A stretch of 64,000 nucleotides of DNA from a virus (IMGVR_UViG_2529292920_000018:1-64000); one strand, 5' to 3'; shown: positions 17,030 through 26,811, counted from the stretch's first letter. A program made the numbers and translations. The notes: generated by a model not told the origin, from the sequence alone.

Positions 17030-17488
17030 TCAGCGACGGGCCGCTGATTCAAGATGGCGGACAATGGTATCGAGGATGGGGATTACCACTTCAGGCTGTA
17101 GTTCTCCATCCCCCGTCACCGGCAGGAACGGGCGGGCCGGAAGTTCAACAGACTCATTACGCCCCGTTTTACCCCCGAACTGGTGAATGGCACCGTAAAC
17201 AACGTTGGTCCCCACAACAGCCTGCCGGTCGTCATGGTCGGTTGATACTGACCCCATCAGACGCCCGGTATCCTGCAGTGTCTGCCCGTCACGTTCTTCC
17301 GCTGCCAGCGAGGGCATCCACCCCGGACGCCCCTCATCAAGAAAGTTAAACTGTGTTTCCGCCAGCAGGGTTCCGGCGATTTTGCGCATCGCGGGCTCCA
17401 GGTCTGTGGCAGCAAGATCCAGCGCACGGAGGCTCCGGCGCAGGGATTTATCGTTAATGGTGATACTGACCAGGTTATCGGAAGCCAT
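17030..17488 (-). CDS. Virion morphogenesis protein (Mu G-like)
   Basis: 152 aa; motif HQFGGKTG...LPARPFL shared with the P2 gpS-like protein at 47842-48294. Confidence 0.7.
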   Translation of the reverse strand: MASDNLVSITINDKSLRRSLRALDLAATDLEPAMRKIAGTLLAETQFNFLDEGRPGWMPSLAAEERDGQTLQDTGRLMGSVSTDHDDRQAVVGTNVVYGAIHQFGGKTGRNESVELPARPFLPVTGDGELQPEVVIPILDTIVRHLESAARR

Positions 17489-17490
17489 TG

Positions 17491-18312
17491 TTATCCTCTC
17501 AGTTCCTGTTGTGCCAGTGGCTGAAGCGTACCCTGATAGCGGGCCAGGTCGGGACGGTATGCTGCCCCCGGTGCATAAGACCAGCCGACGTCGGTGGTCA
17601 CCTTCGTGGTGCCGGTATTAAAGGTGGCCACGTTCCGCATTTCGCCGGTTTTCTCTGAGACCAGTTTCAGTTCCTGGCCCATGGCAGAGCCGGAGCTGAT
17701 AACCTTCAGGCCACGGGCACGTACATCCGCCGCACTCAGGGCAATCACACTACAGCGGCAGCGCCAGCCGTTCGGCGGGTAAAATGCCTGCCAGAACGGG
17801 TCATCCCAGCGCAGCACCAGACCATGCAGCGCCAGATGGCTCCTGCGGGTATGGCTGTCGTTGATGCCGGTATACATCCAGTACGGCCTGTCGTCGACGT
17901 TTTCCATCTGTTCCGCCCAACGACCGGCGCTGTAGAGTACGGACATATTGGTGCGAAAGATGGTATCGAGCCGCCACGGACTGCCCTGCTGAATGGTGAC
18001 CGGCTTACCCGTTACCGGGTCAGTCGTGTCACGTGGTCCCCACCATCCCTTACGCTTCAGCACCGGCTCCAGCTCCTGCCGGAACCAGCGATCGGTTTTT
18101 CCTTCATCGACAGCCTGCTGCAGTGCCCCGCGAATATCTTCCAGGATATCCAGGCGGGTCACTTTAGCAACGGTAAAGGCGCGGGCATGGGCCTCCTGCC
18201 ACATTTCTTCCCAGTCCCAGGTAATCTGATACCCTTTGGACTTCAGGTAACTGACTGCCCGCTTCGGGGGAAGCGTCATGCAGTACGCCAGTTCAGCCGT
18301 TGTCACGCTCAT
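17491..18312 (-). CDS. Head morphogenesis protein (Mu F-like)
   Basis: Downstream of portal; start taken at MSVTTAELAY. Confidence 0.7.
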   Translation of the reverse strand: MSVTTAELAYCMTLPPKRAVSYLKSKGYQITWDWEEMWQEAHARAFTVAKVTRLDILEDIRGALQQAVDEGKTDRWFRQELEPVLKRKGWWGPRDTTDPVTGKPVTIQQGSPWRLDTIFRTNMSVLYSAGRWAEQMENVDDRPYWMYTGINDSHTRRSHLALHGLVLRWDDPFWQAFYPPNGWRCRCSVIALSAADVRARGLKVISSGSAMGQELKLVSEKTGEMRNVATFNTGTTKVTTDVGWSYAPGAAYRPDLARYQGTLQPLAQQELRG

Positions 18313-19789
18313 GCAGACGTCCCCGGATATTTGCCACAAAGAGAATACGGGCCAGCCGTTCCTGCAGATCGTCCGTGTTCATCTGAGGGTAGAGCTCCGC
18401 CAGTTCGCCCAGCAGCTCAGTCGGGTTAACCCCGTTTTCGACCCGCTTAAACAGAGGTGCCAGGACGGGTTCCAGCGTGCCATTTAACACACCTCCGTTC
18501 ATCAGAATGTCCAGCGCGTCGTCAAGCTGCTGCTGAGCCTGAATATCGGCATCAATCGCCTCGGCAAATGACAGCGGCAGCATGTTATTCTGGCGTTCCG
18601 ACGGTGGTGTCTCGTCAATATCGCCGTCCTGCAGCTGGTACTCACGCTTAAAGTATTGCGGGGTCAGACGCAGACCCGCCCGGGTGAGTTTTTCGTCGCG
18701 GGTGGCGCGGGTGTCATCAATGGTCTCCTGTTCCCACATGGCCCAGACCGGACACGGCACATCGCCGAAGTTCAGGGTGACCACCGTTCTGATAACCTGA
18801 TTCACTGCTGCCTGAATGATGTCCGCATCCGCATCGCGGATATCAGCCGTTACCTCCAGCCCGGCCTGTGCAGAGGCCTTGTTACTGTTCGCTTCCGTGG
18901 TCTGATTCTGACCAAGTAATGCAATGGAGATCTCACTGCGTGACAGTGTGATCAGCTCGCGGAATACCTCGCTGCTGTCCGCCTTACCATCCGCGGCTTT
19001 GAGTTCGATGCTGCTGTCATCGGGGATGGCGGCCACCGCGTCCTCCACCATCTGCTCCATGGAGTCCAGCAGTTTTTCAATCTCTGCATCATTTGCACCC
19101 CTCGGGTGCTTACCGATCACCCACGGGGAGCCAAACTTTTCGGCAAAGCGGAGCCAGAATTTCATCCCGCCTTTCTTGAAGGCGACCGGCCAGAAGCACA
19201 TGGACAGGTCCGGGAAACCGTAAGGATTGTCATACGAGGCATCCTGTGCCGGCACCACGAATTTTGACGGTGACAGCAGCTCACCCTCCACACCCGCATC
19301 ACGCGCCCGGAAGCGCAGGCAGTTGTCCGTATCAAACTGAAACCACTCAGGCGGTTTGCCGACAATATCCGTCACTGCCCACGCCCTGACCGAACGGCCC
19401 CACATGATTTCACAGGGCTGATACCCGTAGAGCACGGCATCACTCATCTCACCGATGATGCGGGACAGATCCAGATCGTCGAGCATGTCGCGGATGAAAC
19501 GGAAGACCCGGGCAGAAGCGTGACCGCGCTCCAGTCCACGCTCCAGTGATTTGAGCGCTGCTTTACGTCTGCGGATACAGCCCCCGACCAGCGGGTCGGT
19601 GCGCAGTTCGCGGTAGATACGGATATCCCGTCCCTGAGCCTTGAGAATGGGATCAGGATTGGGCAGATACATGCCCAGTCCGTAAAAGTCGATCGCGCGG
19701 CTGCGGGAGGCAATCTGCGCGGTCAGTGATTTCTGAGGCTCAGAAAAAGCAACAAATTCATCGGGTGAAACCCAGATACCCCTCGCCAT
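18293..19789 (-). CDS. Portal protein (Mu gp29-like)
   Basis: 498 aa, immediately downstream of terminase large subunit. Confidence 0.8.
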   Translation of the reverse strand: MARGIWVSPDEFVAFSEPQKSLTAQIASRSRAIDFYGLGMYLPNPDPILKAQGRDIRIYRELRTDPLVGGCIRRRKAALKSLERGLERGHASARVFRFIRDMLDDLDLSRIIGEMSDAVLYGYQPCEIMWGRSVRAWAVTDIVGKPPEWFQFDTDNCLRFRARDAGVEGELLSPSKFVVPAQDASYDNPYGFPDLSMCFWPVAFKKGGMKFWLRFAEKFGSPWVIGKHPRGANDAEIEKLLDSMEQMVEDAVAAIPDDSSIELKAADGKADSSEVFRELITLSRSEISIALLGQNQTTEANSNKASAQAGLEVTADIRDADADIIQAAVNQVIRTVVTLNFGDVPCPVWAMWEQETIDDTRATRDEKLTRAGLRLTPQYFKREYQLQDGDIDETPPSERQNNMLPLSFAEAIDADIQAQQQLDDALDILMNGGVLNGTLEPVLAPLFKRVENGVNPTELLGELAELYPQMNTDDLQERLARILFVANIRGRLHERDNG

Positions 19790-21384
19790 CAGAATCCCTC
19801 CAGCATACGGGCCGCCTGACGACGACGGCGTGAGCTTGCCTTCACCGGCCCTTTGTTAATTTCACGGCTGGCGAAATACGCCAGCGCCAGTGCGATGGCT
19901 GAATCCCCGTGGCGTTTACCACCGTCAGCCTTTGCTTTTGAGCGTTGCTCCGGTACGCGGGGGACACCGTTCACCACCTGAACGGCCCGCAGGTCATCCA
20001 GTGTGTCTTCATCCTTTGGTAAGTCCACCAGGTTACCGTCTTCCAGTGCAGCTTTGACCGGAGGCATATGCTCCCGGTACCAGCCTTCGGTTGGCATCAC
20101 CTGCTGAACCCGGCCGGAGCCGTAGCGCTGCATGGCGTATTCAGCCAGATAGGCACCATTACCACGGGCATCAAACGCTGCACCCAGCAGACCGGGCAGG
20201 CCATCCATCAGATACCAGGTGATTTGCTCCTGCTGTCTGAACGGCACGTTACGCAGCTCCAGTACGAATGGCACGCGTCGTACCAGGTTCTTCTCCTGCA
20301 GCAGGGGATAGTCCACCGACAAATCACCGCTACGGCCAAAGTCGCGCCCCAGGAAAGAGCGGGCATCAGTGGGGAGTGCCTCCAGCAAGGGTTTCAGATA
20401 CTCATCAAGCCAGTCCTGCGTCTCGCGGAAGCGAACCTCATCAGACAGCAGTTCATAACCTTCCTTGCAGGTCAGACGCAATACCGGCGTATCAGCGGAC
20501 ATGCGGGACTCTATCAGGGCACGGGACAGCCAGGCACCGCCACCGTTGGCCGGAATACAGTCAAGCTCTTCGGATGCGCCGGCACCGTAGAATTTGTACA
20601 CCGATGCCATCCAGGCCTGCTCGGATGCCTCCGACCATTCCTTCCCGGTGCGCAGACAGACGCGCCGGAACAGCCCCTCAGATACGGCTTCCCGGAAAGT
20701 GATGCGATGTATGCTGCCTCCCTGACGTCCGGCACGGATATCCCCGATAAGTGTATTGAACGGATTGTCGTCACCGTCATGGGTGGAGATAACGCGTACC
20801 TTTCCCCCCCAGATAAGCATCGCCAGCGCCGCTTTCAGCAGTTCGTCCAGTTGCTCATGGAACGCCGCTTCGTCGATAACAATAATACCCTGACGGCCAC
20901 GCAGGTTAGACGGGCGGCTGGAGAGCGCAACAATACGAAAGCCGGAGTCAGGAAATTTGATGGTGTAAGTCCTGATGTGTTTGTCGTCGTCGTCCTCTTC
21001 CCAGAATCCTTCTTCAATTTCACTGGCCGCATAGTTGAATGCCCGTGCCCACATCGCACACGCCTGAATGTATTCGACGGTCATGTCCTGGTTATAAGCG
21101 ATGTAATACACATTCATCCCGCCTGCTGGCGCAGAAGAGGCGGCGGTCAGTACGTTATCGGATGCCTCAGCCCATGTAATACCGGTACGACGGCTCTTTT
21201 CTATCACCTTAAGCGGAGAGGTGTCTGCCACCCAGCGCTGCTGGTAAGGCAACAGAACGGGAGGAGCATCCAGCGCCGAGGTATCAGGCAAAACGGGAGC
21301 AAGGTTATTCCTCCCGTCCATGGGACTCATCCCTTCGGGGCCACCGCCAGCGGCGTTTAAAATCACTCCGGATGATTTTGTCAT
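19789..21384 (-). CDS. Terminase large subunit (Mu gp28-like)
   Basis: 531 aa; position and size. Confidence 0.8.
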   Translation of the reverse strand: MTKSSGVILNAAGGGPEGMSPMDGRNNLAPVLPDTSALDAPPVLLPYQQRWVADTSPLKVIEKSRRTGITWAEASDNVLTAASSAPAGGMNVYYIAYNQDMTVEYIQACAMWARAFNYAASEIEEGFWEEDDDDKHIRTYTIKFPDSGFRIVALSSRPSNLRGRQGIIVIDEAAFHEQLDELLKAALAMLIWGGKVRVISTHDGDDNPFNTLIGDIRAGRQGGSIHRITFREAVSEGLFRRVCLRTGKEWSEASEQAWMASVYKFYGAGASEELDCIPANGGGAWLSRALIESRMSADTPVLRLTCKEGYELLSDEVRFRETQDWLDEYLKPLLEALPTDARSFLGRDFGRSGDLSVDYPLLQEKNLVRRVPFVLELRNVPFRQQEQITWYLMDGLPGLLGAAFDARGNGAYLAEYAMQRYGSGRVQQVMPTEGWYREHMPPVKAALEDGNLVDLPKDEDTLDDLRAVQVVNGVPRVPEQRSKAKADGGKRHGDSAIALALAYFASREINKGPVKASSRRRRQAARMLEGF

Positions 21385-21926
21385 GTGGCAATCCCCAGAA
21401 TCTCGCGACGAAGCGCCTGTACTGCGTCGCTTGACAGTCCCCCCTTACGGGCAATTTTCTCGGCGTTGCTGGCTGCCTGCTGCGCTCTGGCCCGTACTTC
21501 AGACTGGAACTTTTTGAGGTTGACGGACGCGCGGGACAGCGTAGCCACATTCTTCGCCACCTTCGACAGCAGGGCCACGCGTTCTTTAGGATCGACTTCG
21601 CCTTCTTCCGCCTCCTGCAACTGGACAATACTCTCGAACAGCTCGGTCTGAATAAGGGCTATCACAGCCTCCGAACGCGCATCCTGATCGTCTGCTGCGC
21701 CTTCGGTCAGCATGCGGGCCGCTTCTGTTGCCGCACGGATAGCACCATAGCGGCGCTCAATCTTCTGTCCATAGCGATGGATAGCGGATTTGCTGATGAC
21801 GTACCCCCGCTCACGCAGCAGGGACTCCAGCTCGTTATACCCGCTGAAGCCGGATTCAGTCAGCGCCCGTTCAAGCCAGCGGCGCACATCTTCCGGCAGC
21901 TTTTCTATTGTGCTGCGTCTGGCCAT
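21381..21926 (-). CDS. Terminase small subunit-like protein (Mu gp27-like)
   Basis: 181 aa, helical and charged, directly upstream of the large subunit. Confidence 0.55.
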   Translation of the reverse strand: MARRSTIEKLPEDVRRWLERALTESGFSGYNELESLLRERGYVISKSAIHRYGQKIERRYGAIRAATEAARMLTEGAADDQDARSEAVIALIQTELFESIVQLQEAEEGEVDPKERVALLSKVAKNVATLSRASVNLKKFQSEVRARAQQAASNAEKIARKGGLSSDAVQALRREILGIAT

Positions 21927-22237
21927 TATTCACTCCAGTACTTTTCCGGGCGGGCAATACCCGGACCACATTCCACGGTGTATTCCACCAGGTCTACGCC
22001 GAGGCGGGTCAGGTCAGCAAACCAGTCGCCAGAAGGTTTTTTCTCCAGATCAACCATTTTACGGTCAGCCAGATAATCCAGTTCGCGGCGCAGTTCCAGC
22101 GGTGTGGTGTCCGGGTAGATGGCACGGGACACATCCAGCAGCAGCGTCTCGCTGGCGGTGTAAGGGCGGGTCTTGTTCAGGGCAACCAGCAGACTCCAGC
22201 GCAGGGATTCGCGGCGTACCCGGGTAATATCGACCAT
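21926..22237 (-). CDS. Hypothetical protein (Mu gp26-like position)
   Basis: 103-aa ORF with translationally coupled boundaries. Confidence 0.45.
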   Translation of the reverse strand: MVDITRVRRESLRWSLLVALNKTRPYTASETLLLDVSRAIYPDTTPLELRRELDYLADRKMVDLEKKPSGDWFADLTRLGVDLVEYTVECGPGIARPEKYWSE

Positions 22238-22563
22238 TATTGACCTCCGGTATTGCGGTACTGCTGTACCACTTCCAGTTTGTTATAAAGCGCGTCCAGT
22301 TTGGCCTCAATGACTGTCTGGCCACGGATATAATCCTCTCGACGGACATAATTCAGCGGTAAATCCGCTTTAAATCGCATAAATTCTTTTTCCAGCTCGC
22401 CCCAGTTGGAGGCGGATTGTTGCAGGGCCTGTTCAAGGGAGGCGAATCGTGCCGCCTGGCGTTCTTCTGTTTTACTGAACAACCATTTGGCGAGCCCTCC
22501 CACAAACCCCATGAAGGTGAGCAGAAAACTCACCACCGTCCAGAATTCAACCTGCAGTGTCAT
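22237..22563 (-). CDS. Small membrane protein (Mu gp25-like position)
   Basis: 108 aa with N-terminal hydrophobic helix. Confidence 0.45.
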   Translation of the reverse strand: MTLQVEFWTVVSFLLTFMGFVGGLAKWLFSKTEERQAARFASLEQALQQSASNWGELEKEFMRFKADLPLNYVRREDYIRGQTVIEAKLDALYNKLEVVQQYRNTGGQ

Positions 22564-23210
22564 TTCTGTAATCCTTCCCGTTCATCCAGTAACGCGTTTA
22601 TCTGGTTCCGCCAGCGACGACATTGTCCTGCGTTGTCGATGATGTTGGCGAGAACGTCACGCTGGGAGACACCCGAATCGCGTAACCGGGTGTCAGTGGT
22701 TTCAGGTTGCCCGGTCGCTGTGCCAGAGCGGGTGCCAGCGGCGGCAACTGAGTCTGAATGACCGGTGTCGACGGATGCGTTGTCATATCCGAGTGCGGCG
22801 TTGTACTGGCGCACGAAACCGCGAGTAAACACGCACTCAATGGGATGGCTCTTACCTTTTTCATCAATCCAGCGCTGTGTGACATCGTTAATTTGCCCCT
22901 GTAGTTGTTTATTCCGGCTCTCCAGTTGAGCAATCTGCTCAAGATAACCGGCTTCAGCCCGCTGCCCGGCGGCCACCTGCTCCTGATACCGTCTGGCCCA
23001 GGCCCGCAGCGCAGCATTCTCAAGCGTTGCCTGCTCCGTTTTGTACGCGTCAAATGCTGACTGCAACTGACTGAGCGCGGTATCACCGTCACGCTTTGCA
23101 GAGTCATGACCACTTCTGTATCCCATGGCATACAGGCCGACCAGAAAGGCATTGATAAGAATGGCCAGCAGAATGCCGCGCCACGGCAGCTTTTTAACCA
23201 GATGCCACAC
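22560..23210 (-). CDS. Inner-membrane spanin (Rz-like)
   Basis: N-terminal TM helix then coiled-coil; follows endolysin; GTG start at 23210 with GGGGAGG upstream. Confidence 0.55.
   Translation of the reverse strand: MWHLVKKLPWRGILLAILINAFLVGLYAMGYRSGHDSAKRDGDTALSQLQSAFDAYKTEQATLENAALRAWARRYQEQVAAGQRAEAGYLEQIAQLESRNKQLQGQINDVTQRWIDEKGKSHPIECVFTRGFVRQYNAALGYDNASVDTGHSDSVAAAGTRSGTATGQPETTDTRLRDSGVSQRDVLANIIDNAGQCRRWRNQINALLDEREGLQK
22598..22864 (-). CDS. Outer-membrane spanin (Rz1-like lipoprotein), embedded in the Rz-like gene in another frame
   Basis: MKKVRAIPLSAC lipobox-like LSAC followed by a Pro-rich sequence. Confidence 0.45.
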   Translation of the reverse strand: MKKVRAIPLSACLLAVSCASTTPHSDMTTHPSTPVIQTQLPPLAPALAQRPGNLKPLTPGYAIRVSPSVTFSPTSSTTQDNVVAGGTR

Positions 23211-23934
23211 AACTGCTGCCTCCCCATGTGAGATATCGCGGTGCCAGTTCGCGCAGGATGCGCTGCGGATAATGGCGGTTCTCCCGCCAGCTGGCCGCAT
23301 TGCGTCCGGCATTCACCGTGGCGACATGTCCGAACCAGCGGGTGCTGTCCAGACCTTTCTGTGATGCAAGCCGCCTGTCCCGTTGTACCCAGCCCAGACC
23401 ACCGTTATAGCCCGACAGTGTCATGGCCATACGCTCGCAGTCACTGGCGGCGCTGACACGCTGCCACAGCCAGCGGTCATAGCTGACCAGCGCCCGGATA
23501 GCCCATGCCGGATTAAACGGCTCACGACTGCTCAGCATCGGTATCAACTGGCTTATCCAGTCGGCAGTGGCAGGCATGAACTGCGCCAGTCCCTGAGCGC
23601 CAGCCGGCGAGATCGCATCAGGTCGCCAGCCGCTTTCCTGATGCAGTTGCGCGGCGAAATCGGCCACCGGCGCAGACAGTCCCCATTCAAGCCGGGCATT
23701 ACGGATCACATCATCGCGATACTGCAGCGCAGCCTGCGGAGGTTGTGCTGCGCATGCCTGGCTGAAAAAGCCGCCACACCAGAGCAACATTGCGACAAAG
23801 AATACCCATGCCACATGAACCAGAAAGGTCCCGGCGCGGACTGACAGGCGTTCGGTTCTGATGAAGACCCGAAAGGCTTCGAAAGCCAGTTTCAGGGACA
23901 TGCATACAATCCAGGTGATCTGCGGCCAGTTCAT
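23194..23934 (-). CDS. Endolysin, soluble lytic transglycosylase (SLT) domain with N-terminal signal-anchor
   Basis: SLT signature AAQLHQESGWRPDAISPAGAQGLAQFMPATA; hydrophobic N-terminus. Confidence 0.75.
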   Translation of the reverse strand: MNWPQITWIVCMSLKLAFEAFRVFIRTERLSVRAGTFLVHVAWVFFVAMLLWCGGFFSQACAAQPPQAALQYRDDVIRNARLEWGLSAPVADFAAQLHQESGWRPDAISPAGAQGLAQFMPATADWISQLIPMLSSREPFNPAWAIRALVSYDRWLWQRVSAASDCERMAMTLSGYNGGLGWVQRDRRLASQKGLDSTRWFGHVATVNAGRNAASWRENRHYPQRILRELAPRYLTWGGSSCVASG

Positions 23935-23936
23935 GA

Positions 23937-24287
23937 TTAAAGCCCCATCGCAACAGCCAGGCAGACCGCTGCAACAATCAGTGCACGGCGGATTAACGCA
24001 GCAGAAAACACCAGGTGAAGGCCGGTCTGTACCGGGAAACGCCCTTCAGCCATCAGCCTGTCGTCATGTTTCAGGTACTGACCGGGACGGGCTTTGGGGA
24101 AGAGCGAACGGTCAAGCCAGTAACCCAGCACTGCTGCCAGCGTGATGAGTGCCAGCTTGTAGATCACAACAGGCAGCTGCTGTGGTGAGACCAGAGCGAT
24201 GGTGCCCAGCAACAGCACTGAGGTCAGCAGCCAGCCGCTGAGGCGAGGTTTTTTAACAGGGGGAATGAATTTTTTCAGGTTTTTCAT
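23937..24287 (-). CDS. Holin-like membrane protein
   Basis: About three TM helices; start at MKNLKKF with AAGGAGA upstream; directly upstream of endolysin. Confidence 0.5.
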   Translation of the reverse strand: MKNLKKFIPPVKKPRLSGWLLTSVLLLGTIALVSPQQLPVVIYKLALITLAAVLGYWLDRSLFPKARPGQYLKHDDRLMAEGRFPVQTGLHLVFSAALIRRALIVAAVCLAVAMGL

Positions 24288-24417
24288 GTGTGTCTCCTTA
24301 TCTGGTGGAGACAGCATCACAAATACAGGGCGCGAAGGATTTTAAAGCGCGTTAAGAGAGCCGGGGATACGGGATGTGCAGGATAAACGATGAATTATTC
24401 ACAGAGGAGAATACGAT

Positions 24418-25146
24418 ATGACGCAGACACTGAATCCGGTCATCACTGTCACCGTGTCCGGTCCTGTGGGCAGCGGTAAAAGTTACATATTGGCGCGAAT
24501 AGAGGAAGTGGTGAAACAGGAATTCGGAAACAGCGTCATTGTCGACGCCGCAGACGTGGACGGTGAGCGCCGTATGAGTGGGGATGATCTGAGCACATGG
24601 CAGAAACCACGGGCTGGCACAGTGATCAGGCTGGAGGAATACACGGGACAGGGCCTGTTGTCATACGGCGAGGAGCGTATCTGTCGGACGAATGAGCTGC
24701 TGGATGTTATATGCCCCACGGGCCGGCAACCCTGGATACTGCCCGATGCACTGCATGCCACCATTGCGGCACTGATGACAGTTTACGATCAGGAGCTGCT
24801 CATGAAGGAGTTACGTAAACTCACTGGTCAGTCAACAGAATGTTGTTCGTCCCCGAAGTACGGCAAACAGGAACACATCCCGATTAACCAGCCTCCCCGG
24901 TTCTTCGACGAATACCTTCTGACACCGGAAAATAAAGCTGAGCATGAAGAGATCAAAGCGGCGTTGTTCCGGGAAATCAGGAAGATTGCTGAAATGCAAC
25001 TGGAGGGCGGGCTGGACAGAGTGATGGCGAGAGGAGAATGGGCATCGCTGTTTGAAAGAGTTTCCCCGGAATTACTTCCCCTCGCACTGGCTATCGGGAT
25101 TATGCAGACAGCGGATAAACCTCACTTACGTTCATTAAACACGTAA
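24418..25146 (+). CDS. P-loop NTPase of unknown function
   Basis: Walker A GPVGSGKS at residues 15-22; no further recognisable family. Confidence 0.5.
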   Translation: MTQTLNPVITVTVSGPVGSGKSYILARIEEVVKQEFGNSVIVDAADVDGERRMSGDDLSTWQKPRAGTVIRLEEYTGQGLLSYGEERICRTNELLDVICPTGRQPWILPDALHATIAALMTVYDQELLMKELRKLTGQSTECCSSPKYGKQEHIPINQPPRFFDEYLLTPENKAEHEEIKAALFREIRKIAEMQLEGGLDRVMARGEWASLFERVSPELLPLALAIGIMQTADKPHLRSLNT

Positions 25147-25526
25147 CGCATAATCCGGGATACGCATTCAGCGATGACTGCATTTTCACCGGTTTTTACT
25201 GCATCCAGAAGTGACTCTTTAAATGGTACGGGCCGGGGCTGCAGAAAGGTCGGCATGGCATTGAGCAGACAGAGCGTTTTTTCCGTGAGGACGACATCAG
25301 CCGCTCCCACAGCCAGCAACTGAGAGTAACGAATATAGCTGTTATCCCGAAGCCATATCAGCGTATCAATAAAACACCGGCACTTTTTCTGGTCGTGATC
25401 AACCTGGTCCGGGATATCGAAAAAACCAGAATAAATCAAAACCTGAGGTGCCGGATGCGTGTTCAGTAATCGGCAGAATATTTTGCCGGTGAGTACATAA
25501 AAATCATCATTTAAGGAGTGCATCAT
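25122..25526 (-). CDS. Hypothetical protein
   Basis: 134-aa ORF convergent with the P-loop gene; start codon overlaps that of the divergent ORF at 25525. Confidence 0.35.
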   Translation of the reverse strand: MMHSLNDDFYVLTGKIFCRLLNTHPAPQVLIYSGFFDIPDQVDHDQKKCRCFIDTLIWLRDNSYIRYSQLLAVGAADVVLTEKTLCLLNAMPTFLQPRPVPFKESLLDAVKTGENAVIAECVSRIMRYVFNERK

Positions 25527-25740
25527 GAATCCCCGATTAACGTTAACAGAACATCAGCGCCGTGCTGAAGCAGTGAACAATGTTCTGGAAGATATTATCC
25601 GGTTATACCGCGGAGAACTGAGTGTCTGTCGTGCCGCTTTTCATTTTCAGGGAATACAAAAGCAGTTTGATACTTCTGTTTTTGCAGAAGGTATTACTTA
25701 TGCCCTGGACCGGATAAGGTCAGAAAATCGCCCCGGATAA
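25525..25740 (+). CDS. Hypothetical small protein
   Basis: 71-aa ORF with AAGGAG 6 nt upstream of ATG. Confidence 0.4.
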   Translation: MNPRLTLTEHQRRAEAVNNVLEDIIRLYRGELSVCRAAFHFQGIQKQFDTSVFAEGITYALDRIRSENRPG

Positions 25741-25794
25741 TCCCTAAACCACATTAACAGAAATCCCGCCATCCCTGCCGCATCATGAAAGAAC

Positions 25795-25826
25795 GACCAG
25801 CCCGGCACCCGAAAGCCGGGCTGGTC
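25795..25826. other. Perfect 12-bp stem-loop (stem gaccagcccggc, loop acccgaaa)
   Basis: Read directly; no U-tract on either strand, so function (terminator, RNA stability or other) is unclear. Confidence 0.35.
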
Positions 25827-25930
25827 ATCGCCCCACAGGAATGCGCTGTGAGCCGACCAAGGTTCAGTCAGTCTCGCGAGACCTGACCAGACTGCCATAT
25901 TTTTTAATAATTGTAAAAGGCTTACAGATT

Positions 25931-26695
25931 ATGAAAATGCAGACATTACCCATCGTGCCGTGGATTGGTGGCAAACGCCGCCTTGCAAAACACATTCTGC
26001 CGCTGTTTCCGGCGCATGAATGTTATGTGGAGCCGTTTTGTGGGGCAGCAGCGCTCTATTTTCTTAAGACACCCGGCAAGATCGAAGTCATCAATGATAT
26101 CAACGGTGAACTGGTGAATCTGTACCGGGTGGTAAAGCATCACCTGGAAGAATTTGTCCGCCAGTTCAAATGGGCGCTGGTCAGCCGTCAGATCTACAAA
26201 TGGCTGCAGATCACCCCGGAAGAAACACTGACGGATATCCAGCGTGCGGCACGGTTCTACTACCTTCAGAAGCAGGCGTTTGGCGGCAAGGTGGCAGAGC
26301 ACAGCTTCGGTACCTCCACCACATCCCCGCCACGCTTCAACCTGCTACGTATTGAAGAAGAACTGTCAGCGGCACACCTGCGGCTTTCCAGAACAGTCAT
26401 AGAACACATGGACTGGCAACAGTGCATTGAGCGTTATGATCGTCCGCACACGCTGTTCTACTGCGACCCACCGTACCTGGGTACGGAAGGCTATGGTGTG
26501 GATTTTCCTGAAGGGAACTACTCGCGGCTGGCAGAGCTGGCCCGGTGCATCAGAGGAAAAATGATAATTTCGGTGAACGACATCCCGCAGATGCGCGAGG
26601 TGTTCACTGGACTGAACATACAGACAGTGAATATCAACTACAGTCTGGCGGGTAAACCCACGCCGCGCCGTGAACTGCTAATCTGCAACTTCTGA
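25931..26695 (+). CDS. dam: DNA adenine methyltransferase (Dam family)
   Basis: N-terminal WIGGKRR and catalytic DPPY motifs. Confidence 0.8.
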   Translation: MKMQTLPIVPWIGGKRRLAKHILPLFPAHECYVEPFCGAAALYFLKTPGKIEVINDINGELVNLYRVVKHHLEEFVRQFKWALVSRQIYKWLQITPEETLTDIQRAARFYYLQKQAFGGKVAEHSFGTSTTSPPRFNLLRIEEELSAAHLRLSRTVIEHMDWQQCIERYDRPHTLFYCDPPYLGTEGYGVDFPEGNYSRLAELARCIRGKMIISVNDIPQMREVFTGLNIQTVNINYSLAGKPTPRRELLICNF

Positions 26696-26700
26696 AACAA

Positions 26701-26727
26701 AACCGGAAAGCACAATGCTTTCCGGTA
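26701..26727 (-). terminator. Rho-independent terminator downstream of the repressor gene
   Basis: 10-bp stem ccggaaagca/tgctttccgg followed on the minus strand by TTTTGTTT. Confidence 0.5.
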
Positions 26728-26811
26728 AACCAAACAACTTCCACTATGTCACTGGCGATGTTTTCTGAAAGCATCCAGATCAACCACCTGTCCTTTGTGT
26801 CCGGGTCAGTA

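Noticed and set aside
20068-21360. Long plus-strand ORFs antisense to annotated genes (this 430-aa ORF; also 12428-13300, 37469-38158, 33606-34607 and 31146-31898 on the minus strand)
   Set aside because: They lie wholly inside confidently assigned phage genes on the opposite strand, have no recognisable motifs, and are the expected by-product of GC-rich coding sequence
22598-23227. The full 209-aa ORF as an independent gene
   Set aside because: Only its 3' portion from MKKVRAIPLSAC (22598-22864) looks like a real product (embedded o-spanin); the upstream part is antisense-frame noise within the endolysin/Rz region
25122-25526. This ORF as the Mu C late-gene activator, given its position upstream of the lysis genes
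   Set aside because: It has no Mor/C-type C-terminal HTH resembling the Mor-like protein at 35474-35863 and is on the opposite strand to the late genes
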